From positions 58,513-122,512 of IMG/VR virus record IMGVR_UViG_3300045107_000413: a DNA stretch of 64,000 nt. One strand, given 5' to 3'. Under the pieces are notes generated by a model. It was not told where the DNA came from. It was given only the letters and a program-made list of their open reading frames with translations, and did no database searches. This document shows positions 9,108-18,433 of this stretch, piece after piece; position 1 is the stretch's first letter; each line of letters starts with the position of its first letter. The DNA comes from a virus. The position numbers and the translations under genes were made by a program.

Positions 9108-9319
9108 TACTCTTTTTGCCTCATCCATCCTATACAATCATCACGGTTTGTCGGGGAACTGCCTGTACCGTCTATGAGATTGCGCCAGCATATCCCCTCT
9201 GGTACGTCATTGCCGTCTATGTGCTGGCAGTCTGCGTGATTGTCCTGCTTATTGCTGTGCTGTGGGACATTGGCAGAACGCTCTGGAAAGAACACAAGCA
9301 ACAGAAAGAAAGTGAGTGA
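9104..9319 (+). CDS. Small membrane protein
   Basis: One hydrophobic helix, ATGA overlap with the upstream gene. Confidence 0.5.
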   Translation: MILFLPHPSYTIITVCRGTACTVYEIAPAYPLWYVIAVYVLAVCVIVLLIAVLWDIGRTLWKEHKQQKESE

Positions 9320-9325
9320 GACACC

Positions 9326-9823
9326 ATGAGAGAAGCAGATGCATGGGAACAAATACAAACCATAGAACAAGGTATGAAACTCATCCATGAGATGAACTGG
9401 AAAGACATGACTACGCAGCAGAAAAATCGGTTCATTGCAGAAGCACTCTTCGGGCATGAGATATATGCTGCCTTTGCGCCGGGAAGTGAAACGGAACTGG
9501 ACTACGGGATGTTTGTTTCTGATGCTCGTGGAGTGAGGCGTATTGAGGCTATCCCGCCCTATAGCACCAGCATGGATGCAGCATGGCAGGTGTTACAGGC
9601 ACTCAAAGAGCAAGAAAAGCGCCTGCCTGAGCGGGAAAAACATCATCTTTCCAGTGCCTTTATGCAAGCCCTTGACACGCACTGGCATGACGACTGGGGT
9701 TTGCCCGTCCTCGGTTTCTGGAACCTTGTTCATCTCACCCCTGAACGTATTTGCTATGCCGCCTGCCGCGCTATCGGGGTACTGGACGCGGAGGGCAACG
9801 TGCAAGAGAAGGAGACGGTATGA
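9326..9823 (+). CDS. Phage ABA-sandwich-like protein
   Basis: PPYSTSMDAAWQVL and TPERICYAA motifs. Confidence 0.6.
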   Translation: MREADAWEQIQTIEQGMKLIHEMNWKDMTTQQKNRFIAEALFGHEIYAAFAPGSETELDYGMFVSDARGVRRIEAIPPYSTSMDAAWQVLQALKEQEKRLPEREKHHLSSAFMQALDTHWHDDWGLPVLGFWNLVHLTPERICYAACRAIGVLDAEGNVQEKETV

Positions 9824-10038
9824 ACTACCCACAGACCACCGCAGACTTTGAAGCCATCTACTACCCCGACGGGCAATGTGCCGCTGTCTGGCAATGCAGT
9901 AACAGGGGCGTGGTGCTGGCCTATGACCCGTTCTCACCGGAAGTTGCCATGTGGTTCTGTGAGCAGTGCTGGCAAGAGTACGAGCAAGATGGGTTCGACT
10001 GGCTGACGATTGTTGAGGACAGGAGAGGACAGGGATGA
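9820..10038 (+). CDS. Hypothetical protein
   Basis: ATGA-coupled ORF with a CxxC. Confidence 0.5.
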   Translation: MNYPQTTADFEAIYYPDGQCAAVWQCSNRGVVLAYDPFSPEVAMWFCEQCWQEYEQDGFDWLTIVEDRRGQG

Positions 10039-10430
10039 TAGTCGCCTTTATTGTTGTGTTTATCATTATTATCCTCACCTGTCTCTGCATGGCACTTGCT
10101 ACCCCGCCTGATGTCAAGCGGTTTATTCCGCCAGCCAGTCACACCCCACAGGTCACGCCTACCCCTGATGCCTTCCCGTTGCACTATCAGAGTCCCTATC
10201 TCCCGCCACAACACCCGCCACAGGTCATTGCTTTGCCCATCTCCCCCTACACCGGACAGGAATATGACCCGGCATGGTTCAGCGAGATGGGCGGCGGGCA
10301 ATCCAACCGCGCCACGCTTGCCCTGATGAAGCACATAGAGCGGGAGATTGACGGGCGCAAGGGCGGCGTACCGAAGGATGAGCCGGAATACGAACAGGTA
10401 CAGGCCCCATATCCAGAAAGTGAGCAGTAG
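10035..10430 (+). CDS. Hypothetical protein with N-terminal membrane anchor
   Basis: Hydrophobic N-terminus followed by a Pro-rich region. Confidence 0.55.
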   Translation: MIVAFIVVFIIIILTCLCMALATPPDVKRFIPPASHTPQVTPTPDAFPLHYQSPYLPPQHPPQVIALPISPYTGQEYDPAWFSEMGGGQSNRATLALMKHIEREIDGRKGGVPKDEPEYEQVQAPYPESEQ

Positions 10431-10886
10431 ATGAGTCTCTTCCCACAGGATGACATCCGCAGGGCTTTGCGTATGACAGGTATCGCTCATACAGAAGAGG
10501 ATGTACTGGCGATACTGGCAACGGGCGGAGCGTTTGCAGGCAATATATGCCATCTTATTGCGAATAACCCGCTTGCCATGAGCGAGCAGACGCGCCATGA
10601 TGCAAAGGAAGTGCTGCAACAGATGCTTGAGGAAGCGCGCACACAGGAGAAGCGCAGGGAGCGACAAAGCCGTGCTGACTTCCTCAAGCACATTGACCCG
10701 GCATCAGGTGGGAAATGCAACTGGAAGGGGTGTGATGCGCTGGCAAAGACACGGGCAACCATCCGCCGTCCTGATGCGCCTGACATGGAGGTGCGCTTTT
10801 GCCGGACGCACTGGCTGGAAGTGACGGACTTCTTCTTTGCATTGGAACGGGAAGAGGCAGATAGACAGGCGTTAGCAGGAGAGTGA
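10431..10886 (+). CDS. Hypothetical Zn-finger protein
   Basis: CNWKGC...FCRTH. Confidence 0.55.
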   Translation: MSLFPQDDIRRALRMTGIAHTEEDVLAILATGGAFAGNICHLIANNPLAMSEQTRHDAKEVLQQMLEEARTQEKRRERQSRADFLKHIDPASGGKCNWKGCDALAKTRATIRRPDAPDMEVRFCRTHWLEVTDFFFALEREEADRQALAGE

Positions 10887-10889
10887 GCA

Positions 10890-11183
10890 ATGGGTGAACG
10901 CAACTGGTACCGTCGCTATCATGATGCCCGTGCCTATGCTGATGAGCAGGCAGAGGCATATGAGCGCGGGGAAACTATCCAGAACTGGCGACAGGTATCC
11001 GAACAGGGAACAGATCAGCGTCGTGAACTGCTGACGGGCGCAGCGTGGGTAGCATGGGCCTATCAAATCGCAGCAGAGAACGCCACTTCGCTGGTGCATG
11101 CACGAGGAAAGCAGTGGCAGTACCTTGTTGATGAGTGTGGGCGACTGACACAAGCCTATCAGGAGAAAGCCTCTCATGAATGA
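10890..11183 (+). CDS. Hypothetical protein
   Basis: Coupled ORF with an RBS. Confidence 0.5.
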   Translation: MGERNWYRRYHDARAYADEQAEAYERGETIQNWRQVSEQGTDQRRELLTGAAWVAWAYQIAAENATSLVHARGKQWQYLVDECGRLTQAYQEKASHE

Positions 11184-11394
11184 TGTGCAATGCGCCTGTC
11201 CCGCCGCCGATGCACGGCTCTGTATTGCTATCCGCTATAACTGTGATCTTGAGGATGTAGAACGGGATGAGGAGTACCCGTGCTGTTGCCATAGCAGAGA
11301 AGAGGATGACGATACGGAAGAATGGCAACAGTTCGTAAGAGAAATCGGCACGGCTATTCACCAGTTGCGGGTAGATATGGGCTGGACGGTGTAG
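11176..11394 (+). CDS. Small Cys-rich hypothetical protein
   Basis: Overlapping start, CAC and CCCH. Confidence 0.5.
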   Translation: MNDVQCACPAADARLCIAIRYNCDLEDVERDEEYPCCCHSREEDDDTEEWQQFVREIGTAIHQLRVDMGWTV

Positions 11395-11407
11395 CGAAGG
11401 ATAGGCA

Positions 11408-11644
11408 ATGGATGAGGAACAGGAAGCCCGACAACTGGCAATGCAGACCATGATGACGCAGAGAGAGGCGCGGGCATTCCTCTCTCTGGTGGCTGACTGG
11501 CAGCGCAATCACCCCGTCAGTGAGGCGGCAATGGCAGAGATCAAACAGACAGCGATAGAAAGCGCCTATTGCAGCAATGACAGCCCGCTTGCGGTACTTC
11601 AGGCGCTCTATCAGGCATACAAATGGAGTTCAAAGCGGGGATGA
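11408..11644 (+). CDS. Hypothetical protein
   Basis: ORF with an RBS inside the operon. Confidence 0.5.
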   Translation: MDEEQEARQLAMQTMMTQREARAFLSLVADWQRNHPVSEAAMAEIKQTAIESAYCSNDSPLAVLQALYQAYKWSSKRG

Positions 11645-11734
11645 GGCGGTTAGAACGGGAAGCAGGTCAGAGCCTTGAGGGGCTGAGAAGCATTGATTTT
11701 CAGGCGTGGCTTGATATGACAAAGGAGAGCAATA

Positions 11735-12130
11735 ATGCCTGATAAACTTGACACCGTGCAAGAACTCGCAAAAATTCGCCATGACCTACTCGTCTGGGCG
11801 GGTTATCATCGTGGCACAGGCATCAGCGAAGAAGCCATGCCGCGCTTTCATGAGATTATTGACCATCTCTCTCTGCTCATCCCTGAGACCGTCATCGTAC
11901 AAGGTGGCACGTGTTGGGCCTGTGGCATGTGGGGGCAAGATATGACATGGTGGCATGTGGGACTGTATGGAGATGACGGCAAGATGCATCTCAACAAGCG
12001 CATGAGTTATCTCATCCATAAGGGCAAGGAGTGTACGCGACTGGCAGAGGAGAAAGCGACGGCTGAGTACAGAGAGCAGGAGAAACAGCGTAGCAATGAA
12101 CAGGATATGGGATATGACCAACGCCCCTGA
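11735..12130 (+). CDS. Hypothetical protein
   Basis: AAGGAG RBS, CWAC. Confidence 0.55.
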   Translation: MPDKLDTVQELAKIRHDLLVWAGYHRGTGISEEAMPRFHEIIDHLSLLIPETVIVQGGTCWACGMWGQDMTWWHVGLYGDDGKMHLNKRMSYLIHKGKECTRLAEEKATAEYREQEKQRSNEQDMGYDQRP

Positions 12131-12380
12131 GTCTGAACAGAGAAAGGCCCTCTTCTTGCTCTCAGGAGATGAGCAATGGTTACAAATCAGCACGCCGTTA
12201 GAAGAGGCTATCCTGAAAGCGGCACAGGAAGGGTCTGATGACCTTGATGCGCTGCTACAGGAAGCATGTGAGCAGTTGGATGAGGACGTAGCAAATGGCC
12301 TGCTGGATAAGGTAGAGCAGATTATGCGGGAGAAAGTATATGATGCACGGAAATGGAGGATAGATGAACATGGACAATAA
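12096..12380 (+). CDS. Hypothetical acidic protein
   Basis: Overlapping ORF in the operon. Confidence 0.5.
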   Translation: MNRIWDMTNAPESEQRKALFLLSGDEQWLQISTPLEEAILKAAQEGSDDLDALLQEACEQLDEDVANGLLDKVEQIMREKVYDARKWRIDEHGQ

Positions 12381-12708
12381 CTTCCTTTCAGCAGACCAGT
12401 TCTGGCATCTCTACCAGCAACAGGACAGACGCCGCTTGCTCTATGGAGAATGGTTGATAGAGACAGAAGAGGAAGCGCAGTTACGGGAACTGGCAGCATA
12501 CTACCATACCATCTGTGACGCCTATGACCGCCGTGTGTGCAGTGGTATCTTACTCCGAACAGGTGAAGCCATGCCCATGACAAGAGAAGAAGTACAGTTG
12601 GTGAACCGTCATGCCTTTGCCGTGCGAACACAGGTCATGCGGATGGCGGCAGAATATGGTTTTACAGAGCGGCAGGTGCATGAGGCAATCAAGCGATATG
12701 CGAGGTGA
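12364..12708 (+). CDS. Hypothetical protein
   Basis: GGAGG RBS. Confidence 0.55.
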   Translation: MNMDNNFLSADQFWHLYQQQDRRRLLYGEWLIETEEEAQLRELAAYYHTICDAYDRRVCSGILLRTGEAMPMTREEVQLVNRHAFAVRTQVMRMAAEYGFTERQVHEAIKRYAR

Positions 12709-12711
12709 GAG

Positions 12712-12963
12712 ATGAAACTGATTGAGGCCCTTGTGGTGGCACAGCAGGAATACGGCATCTATGGGGACTGGAAAGCCATCCACGCCTACAACTACACGCT
12801 CGGACGCGCCCCTGGTGGCATGTATCTGGCCTTTGCAGGCGCGGCCCTCGTCTCGCAAAGTGAGCGACTGGAAACAGTGCTTGCCGCACTTGGGGAAGAG
12901 TACCCGCAGGTGCTAGGAGACGAACGTTGGAAAGTGTCACGGTGGGAGGAGCAAAAACCATGA
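12712..12963 (+). CDS. Hypothetical protein
   Basis: GAGG RBS. Confidence 0.5.
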   Translation: MKLIEALVVAQQEYGIYGDWKAIHAYNYTLGRAPGGMYLAFAGAALVSQSERLETVLAALGEEYPQVLGDERWKVSRWEEQKP

Positions 12964-13343
12964 AGCCCCTCAAATTCCGTGCATGGACGGGCAAGCAGAT
13001 GCTGTATCAGGACAAGCAATATCTTGCCTCCTTTATTCGGCACGTGGTGCTACAAATCAACCTTGACAGTGAGCGTGGTTTTCAGCGGGCGCATGAGGCG
13101 TATTTGCCGGATGGGAAGAGTATTGATGACTACCTGCTGCAATGGACGGGCCCGCTGGACATAGCAGGCAAAGAAATATATGTGGGAGATATTGTCCAGT
13201 TCCAGACCTTTGATGGATGGGGCATTGTGCGCTTTTGCGCCCCTGCGTTTGTAGCATCAGACCACTCTTTGCGCGGCTATGAGGTAGAGGTAGTGGGGAA
13301 TATCTATGAGACACCGGAACTGCTGAAAGAGGTGAGGGCATGA
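12960..13343 (+). CDS. YopX family protein
   Basis: LKFRAW, LLQWTG..D..GKEIYVGDIV and EVVGNIYETPELL. Confidence 0.9.
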   Translation: MKPLKFRAWTGKQMLYQDKQYLASFIRHVVLQINLDSERGFQRAHEAYLPDGKSIDDYLLQWTGPLDIAGKEIYVGDIVQFQTFDGWGIVRFCAPAFVASDHSLRGYEVEVVGNIYETPELLKEVRA

Positions 13344-13666
13344 TAGAACTGCTCTTGATGGTAAGTCAGGGCAATGATGACTATCAGGTTGCCAGTGCGC
13401 TCATGCTTGCCGTTCCCAGAGTAGGGGAACATCTCAGTGTCAGCATGAGCAGTCCCTATTCAACGGCCAATCCCATCAACGGGGCGCACTTTCTTGTCAA
13501 GTCAGTGACCTATCACCTACTCAATACTACGCCCGTTCAGGGCTGGATGAACCCGTATCGGGGCATGGAGTCTACAATGGTAGAGGTGATAGTAGAGCCA
13601 TTGGATGAGCAAACAACCGCATACGTTCAGCGCGTCATCCAAGAACAGAGCGAGCAGGCACTATGA
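13340..13666 (+). CDS. Hypothetical protein
   Basis: ATGA-coupled. Confidence 0.5.
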   Translation: MIELLLMVSQGNDDYQVASALMLAVPRVGEHLSVSMSSPYSTANPINGAHFLVKSVTYHLLNTTPVQGWMNPYRGMESTMVEVIVEPLDEQTTAYVQRVIQEQSEQAL

Positions 13667-13908
13667 GTGAATTGCGAGACGGGGAATACCTCGATCATGG
13701 TACCATTACCGTCACCTACCACTGGCGGCATGATCGTTCTGTTGAGGATGAAACCAGCCAACTACTGCACCTGCATTTCACGCAGACGAACACCCGCTTC
13801 TTTGTACGCCATGCCACCGTGCAGGAGCCGATACGCGGCATCGGGAAATTTCTGGATGAGGCGATACTGGACTACCTGAAGCATAAACTCAGCCCGTTTG
13901 ATCGGTGA
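13663..13908 (+). CDS. Hypothetical protein
   Basis: ATGA-coupled. Confidence 0.5.
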   Translation: MSELRDGEYLDHGTITVTYHWRHDRSVEDETSQLLHLHFTQTNTRFFVRHATVQEPIRGIGKFLDEAILDYLKHKLSPFDR

Positions 13909-14100
13909 GAGGCAAGAGAATGGAGAGTGACCTGCACTGGCTTCCCATTGAGCCATCACCAGAAGAAATCGCGTGGGCAAAGCATGGAAGCCGTGCGGCA
14001 GGGCTATCTTCAGGCATTTGCCCTGCCGCCTGAACGGCTTGAGGAACTGCTGGCAGAGATGGACACGAACAGGGTGTATGGGCAGCATCAGTCTATCACA

Positions 14101-14135
14101 AAGCCACCTTCCCTCGATTAGTGGGAAGGTGGCTT
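14101..14135. terminator. Hairpin between convergent transcription units, at the distal end of the array
   Basis: 13-bp stem AAGCCACCTTCCC / GGGAAGGTGGCTT. Confidence 0.65.
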
Positions 14136-14769
14136 ACTCGTCTTTTCTGTCTGTTCGTTCTGTTTGGCTCACTCTTCTTGTATGCCCTCTCAGCTTTGTT
14201 GGCTCGCTCTGTCTATATACCCGTTCAACACCGATGGCTCATTCACCCATGTTGCCTGCTCACACTCTTTTATTCACTCCGATTATTTGCCTGCTCAGCC
14301 TCAATGGTTCGCTCTTCTCGTATGCTCTTCATTCCGTGTGACTCGCTTACGTCTTTGCCCTGTTCTCATCTCTGGCTCGTTCACATCCCATTGCCGTCTC
14401 TTGCTCGTTGACTCATTCTGCTCCCATGCCCCTTCATTGCACATGACTCGCTTCTGGCTTGTGCCTGTTCACAACCTCTGGCTCACTCCCTTTTTCCTGC
14501 CTGTTCCTCTCTTGTGGTTCACTCTACTTTTGTGTCTGCTCACCTCAAATGGCTCACTCGCAGTCTATGCCTGCTCTGTTGATGTGGTTCACTCTGCTGA
14601 TATGTCCGCTCTTCGTTTGTGGCTCACTCAACCACCATGTCCTCTCAGTGTTGTTGGCTCATTCACCTGTTCTGCCTGCTCATTTCCTATGACTCACTCA
14701 CACTCCCTGCCTGCTCGATTCTTATGATTCGCTCTGACTCTCTGGTATCTCAACGCTTCTGATTCATTC
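14130..14769 (-). repeat. TIGR-like dual-repeat guide array (18 units, about 35-nt period)
   Basis: There are 19 copies of a 10-nt repeat (+ strand TGGCTCACTC; - strand GAGTGAGCCA), starting at 14130, 14165, 14200, 14235, 14270, 14305, 14339, 14373, 14409, 14444, 14479, 14515, 14550, 14585, 14620, 14655, 14690, 14725 and 14760. They alternate with a 9-nt repeat (TGCCTGCTC; - strand GAGCAGGCA). The unique spacers between them are mostly 8 nt. Confidence 0.88.
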
Positions 14770-15780
14770 AGATTGCTGCTTGCGCTGTGCCAGCCCCCGC
14801 TTGAAACGGGCAATTTTCACGGCAAGGGAGGCGTGATCGGGCATCTCCGGTGCGCTGACTTCTTCCTCATTCACTGCGTCTAGCACAGAGAGGTCAACCA
14901 GTTCTTCATCCTGTGCCACCTTCAAGTCAGCAGGCAGCGGCCAGTAGGGCGGCTTGATGAGGGCGCTATGCCCTAAATGGGAAAGCACATACGGCTCCGG
15001 CGGGGTCTCTTTGTACTCTGCCTCATACCAAACGTAGTGGAGATGCGAAAGAAAAAGTTTGACGGCAAACCGTCTGGCGCGGGCGTGAATGTGGGCGGGC
15101 GGGAGTTTGCCGGACTCATAGCAGGCGCGCGCCTTTGTATCGGTGCCGTAGCGTTTCTTTTGCAGGGCAAGGGCGGCTTGATCAGCAAACAACCCTAACT
15201 CATTAGCTTCTATCTCTTGCGCCTTGCGTCTGGCGTAGACATGCCCGTAGATGTCACGGGGTCGGTTTTGTACTTTGCAGAAACTCTCCCCGGCAAGGAA
15301 ACAAACGACCTTGAGTTTGGCATTCCAGGGCCGCTTCTGTCCCTTCTCCCACGTCACCGACGGGTTAAAGCCTGCATAGGAGATAATGTGTCCGGCGTAG
15401 GGGGCCTGCGTGATGTCGATATGGGCCAGCAGCCCTGATGCCAGTACGGGGCCGATGCCGGGGAGAGCGCGCAGCCACTCACCTACAGGGGATTGGGCGC
15501 GGCTGTAGGCATCCAGGGCCTTCTGGATGTTTTTTTCCAACCCCTCGGCATTGCCATACATCCACCTGATGAGGTCATGGGGTTCGCCTGACTCAGCGAG
15601 GGCGCGCATCTGGTTGCCGAAACGAATCCGGTAGCCTTGCACGGTATAGTAACTATCGACAAGGTACCGTGCCTCAGCTTGCGTCATCGTCTCCGCCGCC
15701 TTTTTCAAGTCCTTGCTCAGTCGCACAAACGGCTCTAAAGTGGCTTCCGCTAGTTCAAGCGCGGGGTCAGTCGTGGTCAT
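14764..15780 (-). CDS. Tas-like (TasA-type) IS110/Nop-domain RNA-binding protein
   Basis: ATG 15780 with an AAGGAG RBS. Motifs include YRIRFGNQ, LRALPGIGPVLASGLLAHID, SYAGF, WNAKLK and AHIHARARRFAVKLFLSHL. No N-terminal DEDD RuvC is visible. The stop codon overlaps the first array repeat. Confidence 0.85.
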   Translation of the reverse strand: MTTTDPALELAEATLEPFVRLSKDLKKAAETMTQAEARYLVDSYYTVQGYRIRFGNQMRALAESGEPHDLIRWMYGNAEGLEKNIQKALDAYSRAQSPVGEWLRALPGIGPVLASGLLAHIDITQAPYAGHIISYAGFNPSVTWEKGQKRPWNAKLKVVCFLAGESFCKVQNRPRDIYGHVYARRKAQEIEANELGLFADQAALALQKKRYGTDTKARACYESGKLPPAHIHARARRFAVKLFLSHLHYVWYEAEYKETPPEPYVLSHLGHSALIKPPYWPLPADLKVAQDEELVDLSVLDAVNEEEVSAPEMPDHASLAVKIARFKRGLAQRKQQSE

Positions 15781-15874
15781 AGGTTCCTTCTCCTTCTTGC
15801 AAGAATGATACGTCTTGTTGAGAGGAGTATAGCAGGAAGAGGAGCATCGTGCAAGGGGTGATGAGAGAAAAGTC

Positions 15875-16636
15875 CTATGCAGGCGTTGGTTGTGCGGAGA
15901 GTGAGCAGTAGAAGCGAATCTCCTCAGCAGAGAGCGCGTCTTCCAGCGCCACCTGCTCCCACTCTGGCGGGGCAATGCCGTCTATCTCATCGGTGATATT
16001 GCCCCCGTGTCTTACGCAGATATAGGCCGATGGGTCACGCACGGCTATCAGCGTCACGTCCCGCTCTAGCAACCCTTGCAAGTAGCGCGCATCTTCCCCC
16101 CTGTTCACCTCCGCAAAACGCAGGCCATCTACCCAGAAATCACGCCAGAACATGAGCGTTCCCGCGCGTACCCCATGCCTGAAGAGGGCATCATGCACGC
16201 GCGCGGAGGGCTGCCAGAGCGTCATATTACGGGTTCTGAGCAACCTGTCCATGTGCAGGGCGCTCACTTCCCCTTCCTGACTGAGCAGGGGCGCAACTTG
16301 CACAGAGAGGCGGTGCGGTCTATAGACATCATCATCGTCCCAGAGGGCAATGATATCCCCGTGTGCTAGCCCGCAGGCCATGTTACGTTTTGCGCCGAGG
16401 GTAAGGCCGGAAAGATCGCCGGAGAGCAGGCAATAGAAGATGTTGGGTTCGACGGTCATGCTCATCATGGTAAGCGGGCCGAAGCCTGCATGTTCGTCAA
16501 TGATGATGAGTTCTTTCGCGGGATAGTCCTGCTTTTTGAAAAGTTCAATAGCATGCGCAACAAAACGATGTCTGTTTTTCGTTGGCATAATGCAGCTAAT
16601 ACGAGGATATTCCACCACATCCACCTCTTCCACCAC
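15875..16636 (-). CDS. Glycosyltransferase family 2
   Basis: ISCIMPTKNR, QDYPAKELIIID, LGAKRN, WDDDD and GED. Confidence 0.88.
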   Translation of the reverse strand: MVEEVDVVEYPRISCIMPTKNRHRFVAHAIELFKKQDYPAKELIIIDEHAGFGPLTMMSMTVEPNIFYCLLSGDLSGLTLGAKRNMACGLAHGDIIALWDDDDVYRPHRLSVQVAPLLSQEGEVSALHMDRLLRTRNMTLWQPSARVHDALFRHGVRAGTLMFWRDFWVDGLRFAEVNRGEDARYLQGLLERDVTLIAVRDPSAYICVRHGGNITDEIDGIAPPEWEQVALEDALSAEEIRFYCSLSAQPTPA

Positions 16637-16771
16637 GTTTTAAGGCTATGATAGCACAGCCAATGACAAACAGGCAAAGTGTCCATTCAGGCTATGCATT
16701 GGATTCTTTGCCTGTTCCCTCGTTTCTATAGGCAGGGAACAGTCCCGAATAGTTCTATGAAGGAGAAAGAG

Positions 16772-17428
16772 ATGACTACGCAACCCGCACAAGCACGCCT
16801 TGCCCCTGATACTCGTCCGAAGGAGCCAGTACTGGTACAGGACATCACCGGCTCCTATGATGACCCTGCCTCACCTGTCGCAGGCTCCCCTTCCAAACGC
16901 TATCTTGCCACCAGCATTGCCCGTATCCTCGTTTCAGAACTCTCTGAGCAGGACGCTGCTGCTGCCGATGAGAGTGCAGAGAGCGGCAAGGGAGGACTCC
17001 TGACCTACTGGTTTGCCAACGGCACCGCCGATGAGTTAGGCGACCTCACGCCTGCAAACTTCAGCCAGAAGTGGGATGAACTGGATTGGGGCGGGCCAAC
17101 CTACATCATGCCCGCTCTTCAGAAAATGGAGGCCAGTTATCACGAGGAGTTTGACCGCCTGCCAGAGTCTATCCGCCCGATTCTCATGGCCGTCATCAAT
17201 ACTGACGGCGCGCTCGCTGACCTCAATGCTGCCACCCGCTATCTTCAAGCGGCGTCCGGCTGGCTCTACTGCTATGTCGTAGTGCTTGGCTACGGCCCAG
17301 AGCATGACCGCGCCCTTGCCGCATGGCAGCAGATAGCCGCCAGTAATCCCCATGTGCGCGTGGAATCCGTCAATGCTTCTACCGATGCCCACGCTATCGC
17401 ACAACGTATCCTGGCAATGGTACAATAA
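16772..17428 (+). CDS. vWA-like domain protein
   Basis: MIDAS-like DITGS, GGPTYIMPAL and NTDG. AAGGAG RBS before ATG 16772. Confidence 0.65.
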   Translation: MTTQPAQARLAPDTRPKEPVLVQDITGSYDDPASPVAGSPSKRYLATSIARILVSELSEQDAAAADESAESGKGGLLTYWFANGTADELGDLTPANFSQKWDELDWGGPTYIMPALQKMEASYHEEFDRLPESIRPILMAVINTDGALADLNAATRYLQAASGWLYCYVVVLGYGPEHDRALAAWQQIAASNPHVRVESVNASTDAHAIAQRILAMVQ

Positions 17429-17447
17429 GCAAGCGCAGACACACAAC

Positions 17448-17478
17448 GGGATGTGTTGACAAACTGTCAACACATCCC
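17448..17478. terminator. Bidirectional hairpin
   Basis: GGGATGTGTTGACA-aac-TGTCAACACATCCC between convergent genes. Confidence 0.7.
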
Positions 17479-17504
17479 TCTTGAGGCCGCCTGTAGAGCC
17501 AATG

Positions 17505-18149
17505 CTATCGCTTGCGCACACTCACCTGCATATCTCCCCACGTCAACTCAACATCCTGCTTCACCCCCTCTAGCAAGGAGTCTCCCACCACACGGCAAGC
17601 GAGCGCCGCCAGCACCTGCGCAAATGGCCTCGTCAACGGATACTCACACGGCCCCTCTATGCCGTCTTGCGGTATCAGGTAATCTGGCTCCCACAACCCA
17701 GAGCCATACAGCCCGTCAGCACTGAAACCCACATGCAGACAGGGGATATCATAGCACAACGCGCTTGCAGAAACCGCCTTGCGTCCTGCACGGTTATCCA
17801 GCGCGTCAATAATGAGAGCAGCACTCACTAAATGCCCGCCTGCGCTGTTCTCATCCAGCAGCACAGCAACGGGCGTGATTTTTGCAGCAACGGCGCGATA
17901 GAGCGCATTTGCCAGCGCCTTGACCTTCCATGCGCCGATATCCGCGCGGACATAGGGCTGGCAGGACAGGTTGCGCTCCTCTACCCGCCCGTTGTCAATC
18001 AAGGTCAGGCGGGCATAGCCCATGCGGGCAAGGTTTTCTGCAATCGGGCCACCGAGGGAGCCAACGCCGCAAATGGTGATGGGCATGTCACGCACCTGCG
18101 CGAGACTCCGGTATTGTTCTTCATGGTAGAAGGGGCTTTGCATGTTCAT
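17505..18149 (-). CDS. ThiF/E1-like adenylyltransferase
   Basis: GVGSLG, LARMG, LIDNGRVEERNLSCQ, KVKAL and DALDN. Candidate catalytic Cys in GPCEYP. Confidence 0.9.
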   Translation of the reverse strand: MNMQSPFYHEEQYRSLAQVRDMPITICGVGSLGGPIAENLARMGYARLTLIDNGRVEERNLSCQPYVRADIGAWKVKALANALYRAVAAKITPVAVLLDENSAGGHLVSAALIIDALDNRAGRKAVSASALCYDIPCLHVGFSADGLYGSGLWEPDYLIPQDGIEGPCEYPLTRPFAQVLAALACRVVGDSLLEGVKQDVELTWGDMQVSVRKR

Positions 18150-18433
18150 GTGATATTCTCCTTGTACCAGTCTGGTCTAGGAAACCTACCGCTAAAGGTG
18201 ATTTGCTCCTCTGCTGTGCAGGTAATGTCCGTAGCATCATCCCAATAGCGTTCTAGCGGTTCCCCTTCAGGCAAGTAGGCCACAATGATAGCAAAACGGT
18301 CATCCCCTGCGGTACCCGTATGCCACCAGGGATAGGCAGGGTTGAAGACGAGCGGGCGTACATCCTCAACTGATGCCGTCTGAAAGCGGTACCGCCGCCA
18401 CTGTGTACTAGTCATCGTCCTCATCTCCTTCAT
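18146..18433 (-). CDS. Hypothetical protein
   Basis: Coupled to its neighbours. YPWWHTG and FSGRFPRPDW. Confidence 0.55.
   Translation of the reverse strand: MKEMRTMTSTQWRRYRFQTASVEDVRPLVFNPAYPWWHTGTAGDDRFAIIVAYLPEGEPLERYWDDATDITCTAEEQITFSGRFPRPDWYKENIT

Noticed and set aside
14121-14727. Plus-strand ORFs across the repeat array (96, 187 and 77 aa)
   Set aside because: They are by-products of a pyrimidine-rich 35-nt repeat. The period is not a multiple of 3 and there is no clear RBS.
14130-14769. CRISPR array
   Set aside because: The repeats are 9-10 nt in two alternating types with 8-nt spacers, and there are no cas genes. This fits TIGR rather than CRISPR.
14764-15975. IS110 transposase, or the 403-aa version of the ORF
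   Set aside because: No DEDD RuvC domain is visible. The upstream extension overlaps the GT2 gene, and the RBS supports ATG 15780.
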